Shown here one piece after another: positions 35,658-44,000 of a stretch of 64,000 bases of DNA. Made by a program: the position numbers and the translations under genes. How positions within the stretch are numbered: the first letter of the stretch is position 1; every line of letters starts with the position of its first letter. The notes below the pieces were generated by a model. It saw only the letters and a program-made list of their open reading frames with translations. It searched no databases and was not told the origin of the DNA. The stretch lies in IMG/VR virus record IMGVR_UViG_3300046542_000291, positions 62,001 to 126,000 of that record. The stretch is one strand, 5' to 3'.

Positions 35658-35906
35658 TTATTGCAAAGGTTTGCAGGTTACAGTGATTTTTGCCATACGG
35701 CTCGACAGTGCGCCACCATCGACTCTCGATTCAACGTAGTCTTTGGTTTCTTTGACGAGGTAAGGCTTCATGCCGTATGTCTCTACGACTTGTTCAATTG
35801 CGGCTGGACACGTGTTGGCATCTGACAGTTCTGTGACTGTTGGTGCACCACCAGGTCCTGCGCCTGTATTGAACGCAAATGCGATAACAAGTAACGCTTT
35901 CATCAT
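35658..35906 (-). CDS. small exported 2-Cys protein
   Basis: hydrophobic N-terminus, TCPAA...TCKP. Confidence 0.7.
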   Translation of the reverse strand: MMKALLVIAFAFNTGAGPGGAPTVTELSDANTCPAAIEQVVETYGMKPYLVKETKDYVESRVDGGALSSRMAKITVTCKPLQ

Positions 35907-37186
35907 TACCCCTTAACGCAGAGAACCTGCTTCAGCGTGTGGACGATCTCGACGAGTTCAGCCTGAGCTGCCATCACGTCTTCGATGTTCTTGTACGCCT
36001 TCGGGGTCTCATCGAGCACACCTTCATCTTTACGGCATTCAACACCAGCCGTATCGCGGATGTGATCTTCGATGGTGAAGTTACGGTTAGCCGCTTTACG
36101 CGACATCACACGACCAGCACCATGCGAACAGGAGCAGAACGACTCACGGTTGCCCTTACCACGAACGATGAACGACTTCGCACCCATCGACCCTGGGATA
36201 ATACCCAGAGTACCTTCCTCGGCGTTTACGGCACCTTTACGGGTAACCAGAACGTTCTCACCGAAGTGACGTTCCTGGGACACGTAGTTGTGGTGGCAAT
36301 TGATTGCCGCCATGTCGGTGTCGATTGGCAGGTTCAGGGTTTTGTGGATCGCCCCCAGAACAGCCTTCATCATGAGCGTACGATTCAGTGCTGCGAAACG
36401 CTGTGCCCACGATACCGCCTGCAGGTAGTCGTCGTAGTACTTGGTACCGTGTGGCAGGTAAGCCAGATCTTGGTCTGGTAGATGGATAAAGAAACGACCC
36501 ATCTCTTCCTTTGCCTTGTTGATGAAGTACTGACCGATCGCATTCCCGATACCACGGGAACCAGAGTGCAGCATTACCCACACACGCTGTTCCTCGTCCA
36601 AGCACAGCTCAACGAAGTGGTTACCGGTACCGAGAGTACCCACATGGTTCCACGCCCGTTGTGCAGCCTTGGTGAGCTTCGGGTGTTTCTCAACGATTTG
36701 GTTCAGTTGCGTTCGCAACTTCTCCGCTTCAGCAGCGATCATGATGTCCTTGTTATCGAACACAGTCACCTTACCGAAAGCACCACGGTCGTTTGGACCA
36801 CCGTTGTCAGTACGGCCATGTGGTACTACCGCTTCGATAGCTGCCCGCAGATGGCCGAGGCTATCTGGCAGTTGGTCTGCACCGAACGTCAAGCGACGAG
36901 CGGCCATTCCGCACCCGATATCGACCCCCACCGCAGCGGGAATGATTGCACCTTTAGTAGCAATGACGCTACCGACAGTGGCACCCAACCCGAAGTGTAC
37001 GTCCGGCATTACTGCAACGTGCGAATGGATGAACGGCAACGACGCCAGGTTCTTCAACTGCTTGACTGCGGTCTCTTCGACTGGAACCCCCACGGTCCAG
37101 CCTTTAATCGGCTTCGAACCCGGTTCAGGTTCGCCACCAATGATTTCGAAAGACTTATCTTGCTGCTGGGATTTCTTTTGTTTCAT
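35906..37186 (-). CDS. rtcB: RtcB RNA ligase (3'-phosphate/5'-OH)
   Basis: MPDVH, GVDIGCG, GTLGTGNHF, HSGSRG, HHNY, SHGAGR, DETPKAYK. Confidence 0.97.
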   Translation of the reverse strand: MKQKKSQQQDKSFEIIGGEPEPGSKPIKGWTVGVPVEETAVKQLKNLASLPFIHSHVAVMPDVHFGLGATVGSVIATKGAIIPAAVGVDIGCGMAARRLTFGADQLPDSLGHLRAAIEAVVPHGRTDNGGPNDRGAFGKVTVFDNKDIMIAAEAEKLRTQLNQIVEKHPKLTKAAQRAWNHVGTLGTGNHFVELCLDEEQRVWVMLHSGSRGIGNAIGQYFINKAKEEMGRFFIHLPDQDLAYLPHGTKYYDDYLQAVSWAQRFAALNRTLMMKAVLGAIHKTLNLPIDTDMAAINCHHNYVSQERHFGENVLVTRKGAVNAEEGTLGIIPGSMGAKSFIVRGKGNRESFCSCSHGAGRVMSRKAANRNFTIEDHIRDTAGVECRKDEGVLDETPKAYKNIEDVMAAQAELVEIVHTLKQVLCVKG

Positions 37187-37218
37187 AACTACCTCACGCG
37201 GATGGAAAGAGGGTGTAG

Positions 37219-37470
37219 CTAAACGTTGTTTATTTCTTTGATGTAAGCAAAGGCCTCATCACGGTAGAAGACATGACCATTATGGTTACCCATGTCCGCT
37301 ACCGCTTCATTGAGTTCCCTTTCGAACCACCAGTACCACTCCGGCCCCTTTGGTTGATAACGGGCACACCACTTAGCGTATTCCAGCAAGTTGCATGCAC
37401 AGTTACCACGAGGGACCTGGGGCTCTTTAGGTGGAGTCTTACCAAAGACTCGGCGTAACCATTCGACCAT
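37219..37470 (-). CDS. hypothetical protein
   Basis: TAATG-coupled. Confidence 0.7.
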   Translation of the reverse strand: MVEWLRRVFGKTPPKEPQVPRGNCACNLLEYAKWCARYQPKGPEWYWWFERELNEAVADMGNHNGHVFYRDEAFAYIKEINNV

Positions 37471-37850
37471 TACGCCACTGCCGCCTCACCAAACGTCAGC
37501 TCTTTGTAAAGCTGCGGTTTCGGAGGCATCAGGGTGATACCACTGCAAGCACTGAAATGGGCCTGAATGGTTTCGTTGCGTTCCTGGCGGATGTAATCGT
37601 AGTTGAACAGGAACCCGTCCAACTCAACTTGATTAATCGCCTTGGTCGGATCGATGTAACTGGTTTCCCACGGACCAACCTCATGGTTAACCGAATGGAA
37701 CAGCACACCGGCTGTTTTCTCAGCCAGGGATTGCATCCCGGTCATGACCTTGGAATAGAAGCGTTCGATCAACAAGCGTTGCTGCTTAGGAGAACTGGCA
37801 CTCCAGATAGCCGAGCCATAATGTTCTACAACCTGTTCTGTACGTTCCAT
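37470..37850 (-). CDS. hypothetical protein
   Basis: GAGGT RBS. Confidence 0.75.
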   Translation of the reverse strand: MERTEQVVEHYGSAIWSASSPKQQRLLIERFYSKVMTGMQSLAEKTAGVLFHSVNHEVGPWETSYIDPTKAINQVELDGFLFNYDYIRQERNETIQAHFSACSGITLMPPKPQLYKELTFGEAAVA

Positions 37851-37865
37851 CGGATACCTCTTGAG

Positions 37866-39182
37866 TTATGCCGCTTTGAGAAGGGGCAATGTGGGGATGG
37901 ATGCAATAAAGGCATCCGGGTCACGGCGATGTTCAAGGAACAACGCTTGCAGGTCACAGCCCGCTATGTCCTCGAAACACCCACTGAATTCGTAGGTATG
38001 CTCCGGGAACACAACATGGATGTACTCGCGTACTTCTACATCGGTCAAGTAACCGATTTCCATCAGGTGGTCCACTCGACCTTTACGAACTACCGCATCA
38101 TCGATCTTGTCGATGTGGTTGGTAGTCATGAAGATCACCGTGCCGTTCAGCGAAACCACCCCGTCCAACACGTTGAGCACTTTGCTCAGGGTCAACCGGG
38201 AGAACTCTTCGTTCAGGGCTTCGAAGATGTTTGCTTCCGCAACTTTCTTCTTGGCTGGCGCCGCCGGTAAAGCACCGAGTGTTTCCACCGGTTCAACCTT
38301 TGGCTTCTTCGGTGTACGCGCCTTGAAGGCAGCCGAACTGTCGAAGTCTTCGATCAACACCACCGAGTTCGGGGGCAGGTGACTGAGGGCTTTCTCGAAT
38401 GACGTATCGTCCATCGAGTTGATGTTGATGGTGCAGATGTTCTTGCCGAAGTGGGCAGCCAGTGCCTTGATGATACTGGTCTTGCCTGTACCTGGCTTAC
38501 CGTGGATAACAAACGTCGACTTGTAAGCCATGCCACGTTCGTTGTACCACTCTTCACTTTCGTAGAACTGTTCCAGCTCGAAGATCAACTTATCCTTCGT
38601 AGCTTTGTTCATCGCTACCGTCTTGAGAGGACGCTTCTTGATCTCACACAGGTACTGCCAGCCTTGATCACCGGTGTACGTATAGATGCGGGACTTCAGT
38701 GAGTTCTCTTTCGGCATGAACGAACTGACCAGGTCCTTCAACACTTGTTGATTACGACCCCAGGTGAAAATCGTGACGCGTTCTTTCTCGTTGGTTGACC
38801 CTTGACTGTTCAATGCTTCTTTCTTGAACCAGTACAGGCGTCTCTTATAAACGAAGAAGTGTGTGCCGAAACCAGGGCCTATAATTGTCCGGCTGTTGGG
38901 TGACTCCAAGCTGATGTTCCGCGAGTAGCGTGACCAGGGTTGTTCACAGAACCACTGCATGAAGGACGTGAAGTGAACACGGTCTTCTGACCAAGCGGTG
39001 GCGTTGTTGAACGTCAGGCTGGTCATGCATTGTTTCAGTGTGGCCGAGTACACCGTTTTGGGCACCTGCCGCAGTATCGCGTACAGGAACCCCATTAGGC
39101 CAGCAAGGACGATGCCTGCTGCCCAGGGGGAAACCTTGTTGAATGTCAGGTATTGCTGCTGAAGCCAATCAATAAATTCCAT
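37866..39182 (-). CDS. BCS1-like membrane-anchored AAA+ ATPase
   Basis: N-terminal TM, PGFGTHFFVY (BCS1_N-like), WYNERG, Walker A GKPGTGKT, Walker B VLIEDFD, LNVLDG, MTTNH, RKGRVD. Confidence 0.9.
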   Translation of the reverse strand: MEFIDWLQQQYLTFNKVSPWAAGIVLAGLMGFLYAILRQVPKTVYSATLKQCMTSLTFNNATAWSEDRVHFTSFMQWFCEQPWSRYSRNISLESPNSRTIIGPGFGTHFFVYKRRLYWFKKEALNSQGSTNEKERVTIFTWGRNQQVLKDLVSSFMPKENSLKSRIYTYTGDQGWQYLCEIKKRPLKTVAMNKATKDKLIFELEQFYESEEWYNERGMAYKSTFVIHGKPGTGKTSIIKALAAHFGKNICTININSMDDTSFEKALSHLPPNSVVLIEDFDSSAAFKARTPKKPKVEPVETLGALPAAPAKKKVAEANIFEALNEEFSRLTLSKVLNVLDGVVSLNGTVIFMTTNHIDKIDDAVVRKGRVDHLMEIGYLTDVEVREYIHVVFPEHTYEFSGCFEDIAGCDLQALFLEHRRDPDAFIASIPTLPLLKAA

Positions 39183-39250
39183 GTCACATAGCTCTCTGTG
39201 TTAAACCGGCATAGATCGCCCCTTCCCTGGAGCGGTTCTATGTTGGGGTG

Positions 39251-41032
39251 TTATGCAGCTTCGCGCAGGGTTGCACGAACTTCTTCGAAGGTCACTTCGT
39301 TCGGGAACGTGCCGTCTTTGTAGATCGGACGCAGTTCACCCGAGTGAGTGTCGAGGTCAGCGATTTCGAACTTCTGCTCTTGGAGCAGCTCAAAGTCACC
39401 GGCTTCGTTCTTCACAACCTTCAGGAAGCCCTTGGCCGACTTCTTGTTGGTTTCGCCTTCGGTCTTCGGCGCCTTGAACAGCTCAACGAACACGTCGTCC
39501 ACTTGAACGGCGGTAGCCTTGATGGCGTAGCCGAAGGTGTCACGAGTGTTGTGCTGATAGGTGTACGAACCGATACCCAGAACCCAGTTGCACGAAGCGA
39601 AGCCTTTCTTCATCAGGCGACGCATGATTTCCTGGGTACGTTCCACAGTGATCGAATCACCGTAGATCAGGCCAACACGTTCGTGCAGCACTTTGAAGCC
39701 CTTGTCGGTCATGGTGCCACCGAAAGTGTTCCACAGGCATTCCACCGCACCGATCTGTTCGGCGTTCAGTTCTACCGGAGCCCACAGGTAGCCCAGAGCC
39801 GTGTAGTACTTCTCGGCGTCTTCAGCACTGATCGGATTTTCGTAGCGGGTTGCTTTGTACGTCATGCCGTTCAACAGAACGTACTCGACGTCTTTCGCTT
39901 TGCCGTTGTTGACCAGTTCGCTGAATTCCAGCGAGTTGTGAACTTCCACACCGCAGATGACTTCAACAGGATCACCGGAATCCGGACGGAACACCACTTT
40001 GGCCAGGCCGTTGGCGTCTGGTTGACGAGCCAGGATTTCTTCCTTCAGGGAAGGGGCAACAATGGTCAGGACACCCCAGAAGTCGAAGCTGTCGCAGACC
40101 AGGCTGATGATGCCAGTAGGACACTTGACGGTAATGGCATCCAGGATGAACTGACGCTCGGCCAGCAGTTGCGCTTTGCCGTATGCATCGGGATCGAGGT
40201 CACCACCAGTCAGGCCTTTTTCCAGCAGCCACTTGGTCATGTTGTACAGGATGTTCGAAGTAGCAACGGCGTGTTCGGTAGCACGCACCGATACAGCCAG
40301 GAACTCGACGTCGCTGTTGGCGAAGTACATGTCTTCGGCGTAGTCGATGGCCGGCAGGGTATCGGTACCCACGAAGCTGGTCAGGTGACCGGCGCCAGTA
40401 CGAGCAGCATCTTCAGGACCGGACAGGCCACGGAAGGCGAAGTCATGCCCTTGCAACGCAACGAAGTCACGAGGCGAACCAGTCAGGTCAGCGAAGTGTT
40501 CCAGGATGCGACGGTATTCGTAAGCGATGGTGGCGTTGCAGACCATTTTCCAGATCAGCGACGACATCAGGGTTTCCAGGTAGTTCACTACCCAGAAGAA
40601 TTCCGGTACGGTGTTGTAGATCACGTAGCCCGGAACGTTCATGTTCAGGCGAGAGCCTTCCGGTACCGACAGGATGGTAACCGGTAAGTAACCCAGGTCA
40701 TGCAGTGCTGCCATGGCTTCGATGTCAACCATACCTTCACCGAGGTAGTTCTTCATGCGGCGAGCGTAGCGACGGATCACTTGCTCTTTCGGCTTGCTGA
40801 AGAACGAATCGTGCCACAGGCCGTGAACTTCACGCATCACGCCTTGGATACCGAACCAGACGACTTTGCTATCCCAGAGGTAGGACTGGGACTTGCTGCC
40901 CTTGAACAGACGGTCTGCACGTGGAGTGCCGTTACCGTAGGCGAAGTTGGTGCCGTTCGGGTACAGAGGGCCGTGACCCATTTTGTAACCGTCTGCTGCA
41001 GTCGGGCCAAACAGTTTGAAAGAAGTGCTCAT
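39251..41032 (-). CDS. NAMPT-family phosphoribosyltransferase (probable NARP1 Namat)
   Basis: ADGYKMGH, HDFAFRG, GTDT, ATEH, RPDSGDP, IYGDSIT, GIGSYTYQ, TRDT, KKSAKG; start moved to MSTSF. Confidence 0.9.
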   Translation of the reverse strand: MSTSFKLFGPTAADGYKMGHGPLYPNGTNFAYGNGTPRADRLFKGSKSQSYLWDSKVVWFGIQGVMREVHGLWHDSFFSKPKEQVIRRYARRMKNYLGEGMVDIEAMAALHDLGYLPVTILSVPEGSRLNMNVPGYVIYNTVPEFFWVVNYLETLMSSLIWKMVCNATIAYEYRRILEHFADLTGSPRDFVALQGHDFAFRGLSGPEDAARTGAGHLTSFVGTDTLPAIDYAEDMYFANSDVEFLAVSVRATEHAVATSNILYNMTKWLLEKGLTGGDLDPDAYGKAQLLAERQFILDAITVKCPTGIISLVCDSFDFWGVLTIVAPSLKEEILARQPDANGLAKVVFRPDSGDPVEVICGVEVHNSLEFSELVNNGKAKDVEYVLLNGMTYKATRYENPISAEDAEKYYTALGYLWAPVELNAEQIGAVECLWNTFGGTMTDKGFKVLHERVGLIYGDSITVERTQEIMRRLMKKGFASCNWVLGIGSYTYQHNTRDTFGYAIKATAVQVDDVFVELFKAPKTEGETNKKSAKGFLKVVKNEAGDFELLQEQKFEIADLDTHSGELRPIYKDGTFPNEVTFEEVRATLREAA

Positions 41033-41045
41033 TACTTTGTTTTCC

Positions 41046-41921
41046 TTACGCATTGATCCAGGTGAGTTTGTTATCGACAACACCGTCTGGGCGAGTACTG
41101 CCCTGTGCTGTCGGATGGAACGAGTTGGTGGTGTAGACGTGGTCGTACTTTTCAGTAACCAGGTCGAAACCGTACGAGAAGATCCCGTGCGTTACCAACA
41201 GTTCCAATCGTGCTGGATTATGCTTGCGGATTTCTTCAGCCAGTTGGATGAAGGTCCGTCCACCATCACAGATGTCGTCACAGACCAGCAGTCGTTTGCC
41301 AGTTACATCGGCATCGAACTTGGTCTTGGTGATTTCCATCGTTTCCAGGTCACGCTCTTTAGTAGCCGTGATGTAACCAGCGCAGCCCAGGTGAGCAGCC
41401 AACGCTTTCACTTTCTTGACAGCCCCTGCATCAGGAGCCACCAGCCAGGTATCGTGCAGTTCGTTTGCCGTAGCATCCAACATGTGCACGATGTCAGCCT
41501 GGGTCTTGACGATCACGCGGTTGATCAACGCCGGCGTAGTGTCGCTGTGCGGGTCCAAAATGGTCACACTGACGAACTCACAGAGGTTGATCAACTTCGC
41601 TGCTACCGCAATACCCAACGACTCCCCGGGGTTACACACGCGGTCCTGCCGGGCGTAAGGGACATAAGGGATATATGCGCTTACCGGTACGTCGGGACGA
41701 ATGCGACGGATCGCATCGGTAACGTGCAGTAAAGCGAGGAAGTCAGTTGGGGTACGGAGGTTGGCCATGACTTGAATGTCCATGCAACCGCGGATTTTGT
41801 TGTGGAACTCTTTCGGAATAAGTGGGTTAACTTCCCCACCTTTGAACGTGCTCACGTCAACGATAGTCTGCGCCACTCCCCAGTGGTCGCCATTGCCGCG
41901 TCGGATACTTAAACGAATCAT
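41046..41921 (-). CDS. ribose-phosphate pyrophosphokinase family (probable NARP1 Adps)
   Basis: FKGGE, PYVPYARQDR, DPHS, APDAGA, DDICDGGRTF, VTHGIFS. Confidence 0.9.
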   Translation of the reverse strand: MIRLSIRRGNGDHWGVAQTIVDVSTFKGGEVNPLIPKEFHNKIRGCMDIQVMANLRTPTDFLALLHVTDAIRRIRPDVPVSAYIPYVPYARQDRVCNPGESLGIAVAAKLINLCEFVSVTILDPHSDTTPALINRVIVKTQADIVHMLDATANELHDTWLVAPDAGAVKKVKALAAHLGCAGYITATKERDLETMEITKTKFDADVTGKRLLVCDDICDGGRTFIQLAEEIRKHNPARLELLVTHGIFSYGFDLVTEKYDHVYTTNSFHPTAQGSTRPDGVVDNKLTWINA

Positions 41922-41972
41922 TACGGTAGCCTTTTGCTATGGTCTTGTATTATTCGGGACGCAGGTATTCCT

Positions 41973-42203
41973 TTACGCTGCGACCTGTAACAATGCTGGG
42001 TTCCATGGAATACGGCCTTCGAACATCTGTTCACGTTCAGAGAGTTCGGCCACAGGTTTACGGCCTTCCAGCTTACGCCAGGCCTTATCAAGGTCAGCCA
42101 TGTGCTTGTCCAGTTCTTTGGTTTTCTTGAGTGTTGCCAACTCATAACCACCCGAACCAGGCATCATCATGGTGCCGTCTTTATAGCGGATTGGCTTAGC
42201 CAT
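41973..42203 (-). CDS. small hypothetical protein (C-terminal -QVAA)
   Basis: TGATG-coupled ORF. Confidence 0.7.
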   Translation of the reverse strand: MAKPIRYKDGTMMMPGSGGYELATLKKTKELDKHMADLDKAWRKLEGRKPVAELSEREQMFEGRIPWNPALLQVAA

Positions 42204-42556
42204 CAGTAACCCACCGAGCGTTGGATGAAGGCGATGAATGCCGGGAAGTTCTCTTCCATTACTTTAACGATAGTATCGGGATCAGTTTCAATCCCCATGT
42301 CGTTATCGTAAAGGGAAGGATCTTTGTAGGTGAAGTGACTACCGGAATTGTCAATCCGGAACTCCAGGGTAAGCTTACCCTTCTTCAATGTGTAGGCGGC
42401 ATAAGCGGTAGATTGACTACCATAATCCAAACGACGGCATTGGATGGTTACACCCGAATGCATTTGTGGTTCGGATTGGATCTTGTCCGCTTCTTCCCGG
42501 TGGTGAATGATAGCCGCTTTGTAGAGAGCAGCCCACAATCTGAGTTTATAGTGCAT
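42203..42556 (-). CDS. hypothetical early protein
   Basis: first gene after early promoter; GAGGA RBS. Confidence 0.75.
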   Translation of the reverse strand: MHYKLRLWAALYKAAIIHHREEADKIQSEPQMHSGVTIQCRRLDYGSQSTAYAAYTLKKGKLTLEFRIDNSGSHFTYKDPSLYDNDMGIETDPDTIVKVMEENFPAFIAFIQRSVGY

Positions 42557-42588
42557 TACATTTTCCTCTTGGTTTTAGACACAAAGTA

Positions 42589-42597
42589 GTAATATAG
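42589..42597 (-). promoter_or_regulatory. phiKZ-type early promoter (drives Prs/NAMPT operon)
   Basis: CTATATTAC. Confidence 0.85.
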
Positions 42598-42635
42598 ATT
42601 TCAAATAAAATGGAGTAAAAAAGAAACGGAATAAA

Positions 42636-42655
42636 GCCTCTCCCGAAGGAGAGGC
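42636..42655 (-). terminator. cUUCGg hairpin terminator
   Basis: GCCTCTCCTTCGGGAGAGGC. Confidence 0.8.
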
Positions 42656-42685
42656 AATATCTTTAGATGTCAGGACGAACGTCCA

Positions 42686-43027
42686 TCACACCCAATCTTC
42701 TTCGCGACCAGCACCGGTGCCAATATCTTGACTACCGATCTCTTCGCAGCCGATACCTTCACCGACTCCATGATCCATCTCTTTCATGTTACACTCCCAT
42801 GCCTCATCGGCTTTTAATTCAGCAACAGTAATCAAACCCCATTGCCGTCGTGGATTCCCCCACAACCGACACCGAAAGCAACTGCAGTTAAAGGCATTAC
42901 GTTTCCGTAAGCGCCCAGGCACTGCAACGACCTCCCCAACACGGGCTTTGTAAATCTGCATGTGTTTATGCACAACCCGATCATTGTGGTGTTGGCGCAG
43001 TTGTGCGAGAGATTTGTTACTTGACAT
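42686..43027 (-). CDS. basic protein with CxCxxC-GNPRR motif
   Basis: NCSCFRCRLWGNPRR; GAGGA RBS. Confidence 0.75.
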   Translation of the reverse strand: MSSNKSLAQLRQHHNDRVVHKHMQIYKARVGEVVAVPGRLRKRNAFNCSCFRCRLWGNPRRQWGLITVAELKADEAWECNMKEMDHGVGEGIGCEEIGSQDIGTGAGREEDWV

Positions 43028-43075
43028 GCTTGTTCCTCAACACGAGCCTACAGCACAACGCTGTAGGCTATCGTA

Positions 43076-43543
43076 TCAAGAAGCTTTGCCCCATTGCGAG
43101 ATGTTCCATACTGCGAGCTCCTCGGCGGTCATGTCGATGGTTTCATAAGGTTTGTCAACCATCTCCGTCCAAAGGGTTGGGTTCAGCCAAATCCCCCGGT
43201 CTTCGAAGACGTTGTTCCCTTTATCGGCCCAGTTCTGAAGAAGCCGTTTGCGGTATTGCCACGGCATCAACTTGTACCAGACCTTGTTGAACCATTCCAC
43301 AGTAATAGGCCATTCATCAAGGCGATCCCGTGGAATAGCTAACATCACCTGGGTGTGCCAACTCAAGTTGATACTCGCGCGAACTGGCCCGGGTTGTGCC
43401 CCAATCAACTTACGGCACATTCTCTGGACAACGTACATGAACTTGTTCAACCGCACTTCATCGAGGAAGATGAAATTGGAGAGATCCCCGACACCACGTT
43501 CCCGTACGATTGCTGTCAACCTTTCCCGTTCGGTCAGTTGCAT
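43076..43543 (-). CDS. hypothetical protein
   Basis: ORF with RBS. Confidence 0.75.
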   Translation of the reverse strand: MQLTERERLTAIVRERGVGDLSNFIFLDEVRLNKFMYVVQRMCRKLIGAQPGPVRASINLSWHTQVMLAIPRDRLDEWPITVEWFNKVWYKLMPWQYRKRLLQNWADKGNNVFEDRGIWLNPTLWTEMVDKPYETIDMTAEELAVWNISQWGKAS

Positions 43544-43557
43544 CTTAGACCTTTCCT

Positions 43558-43680
43558 TTATTCAGCTTTGTGGTTTTGAACAACCACGTTATTGAGGGTG
43601 ACCCCAATACCCGCTGTGACGAACGTACCTACCACCAGAGCGACGGTAAAGAATGCAGCGCGAACTACTTTCCGGTTCAT
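43558..43680 (-). CDS. 40-aa single-TM peptide (below ORF-track cutoff)
   Basis: MNRKVVRAAFFTVALVVGTFVTAGIGV...; ATGA-coupled, GAGGT RBS. Confidence 0.6.
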   Translation of the reverse strand: MNRKVVRAAFFTVALVVGTFVTAGIGVTLNNVVVQNHKAE

Positions 43681-43997
43681 ACGTAAATCACCTCGAGCTT
43701 GTTGCCACCCCATTTAGCACGAAAGACATGCCGTCCGTACTTCCACGGGTGTGGGTAGTTCTCGATCGTGATGGAGATAGTTGGTTCATCTTCCACCAGT
43801 TCTTGAACTTTCTGCAACACCTCACCGATTGCTCGGTGAGGATACACAGGTACGTAATTGCTCAGGTCTTCCTTGTGACGAATCACGACGGTGTTTTTGC
43901 CCAGGTAAAGGTGGTACGGAAACATCAGTCCCCATACCAAACTACCCAAGGTCATTGCCGCCACTTCTTCCCACAGTGGTCTTTTAGGGCGATGCAT
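43677..43997 (-). CDS. hypothetical protein
   Basis: ORF in gene train. Confidence 0.7.
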   Translation of the reverse strand: MHRPKRPLWEEVAAMTLGSLVWGLMFPYHLYLGKNTVVIRHKEDLSNYVPVYPHRAIGEVLQKVQELVEDEPTISITIENYPHPWKYGRHVFRAKWGGNKLEVIYV

Positions 43998-44000
43998 GGT

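Noticed and set aside
39248-40687. Long plus-strand ORFs (also 4181..5269, 21260..22177, 44088..45005, 46243..47616, 49903..50739)
   Set aside because: Antisense shadows of well-supported minus-strand genes; no RBS or recognisable motifs
39251-41921. NARP2 (Nampt + Nmnat)
   Set aside because: The partner is Prs-like; no HxGH adenylyltransferase in the window, though one elsewhere in the genome cannot be excluded
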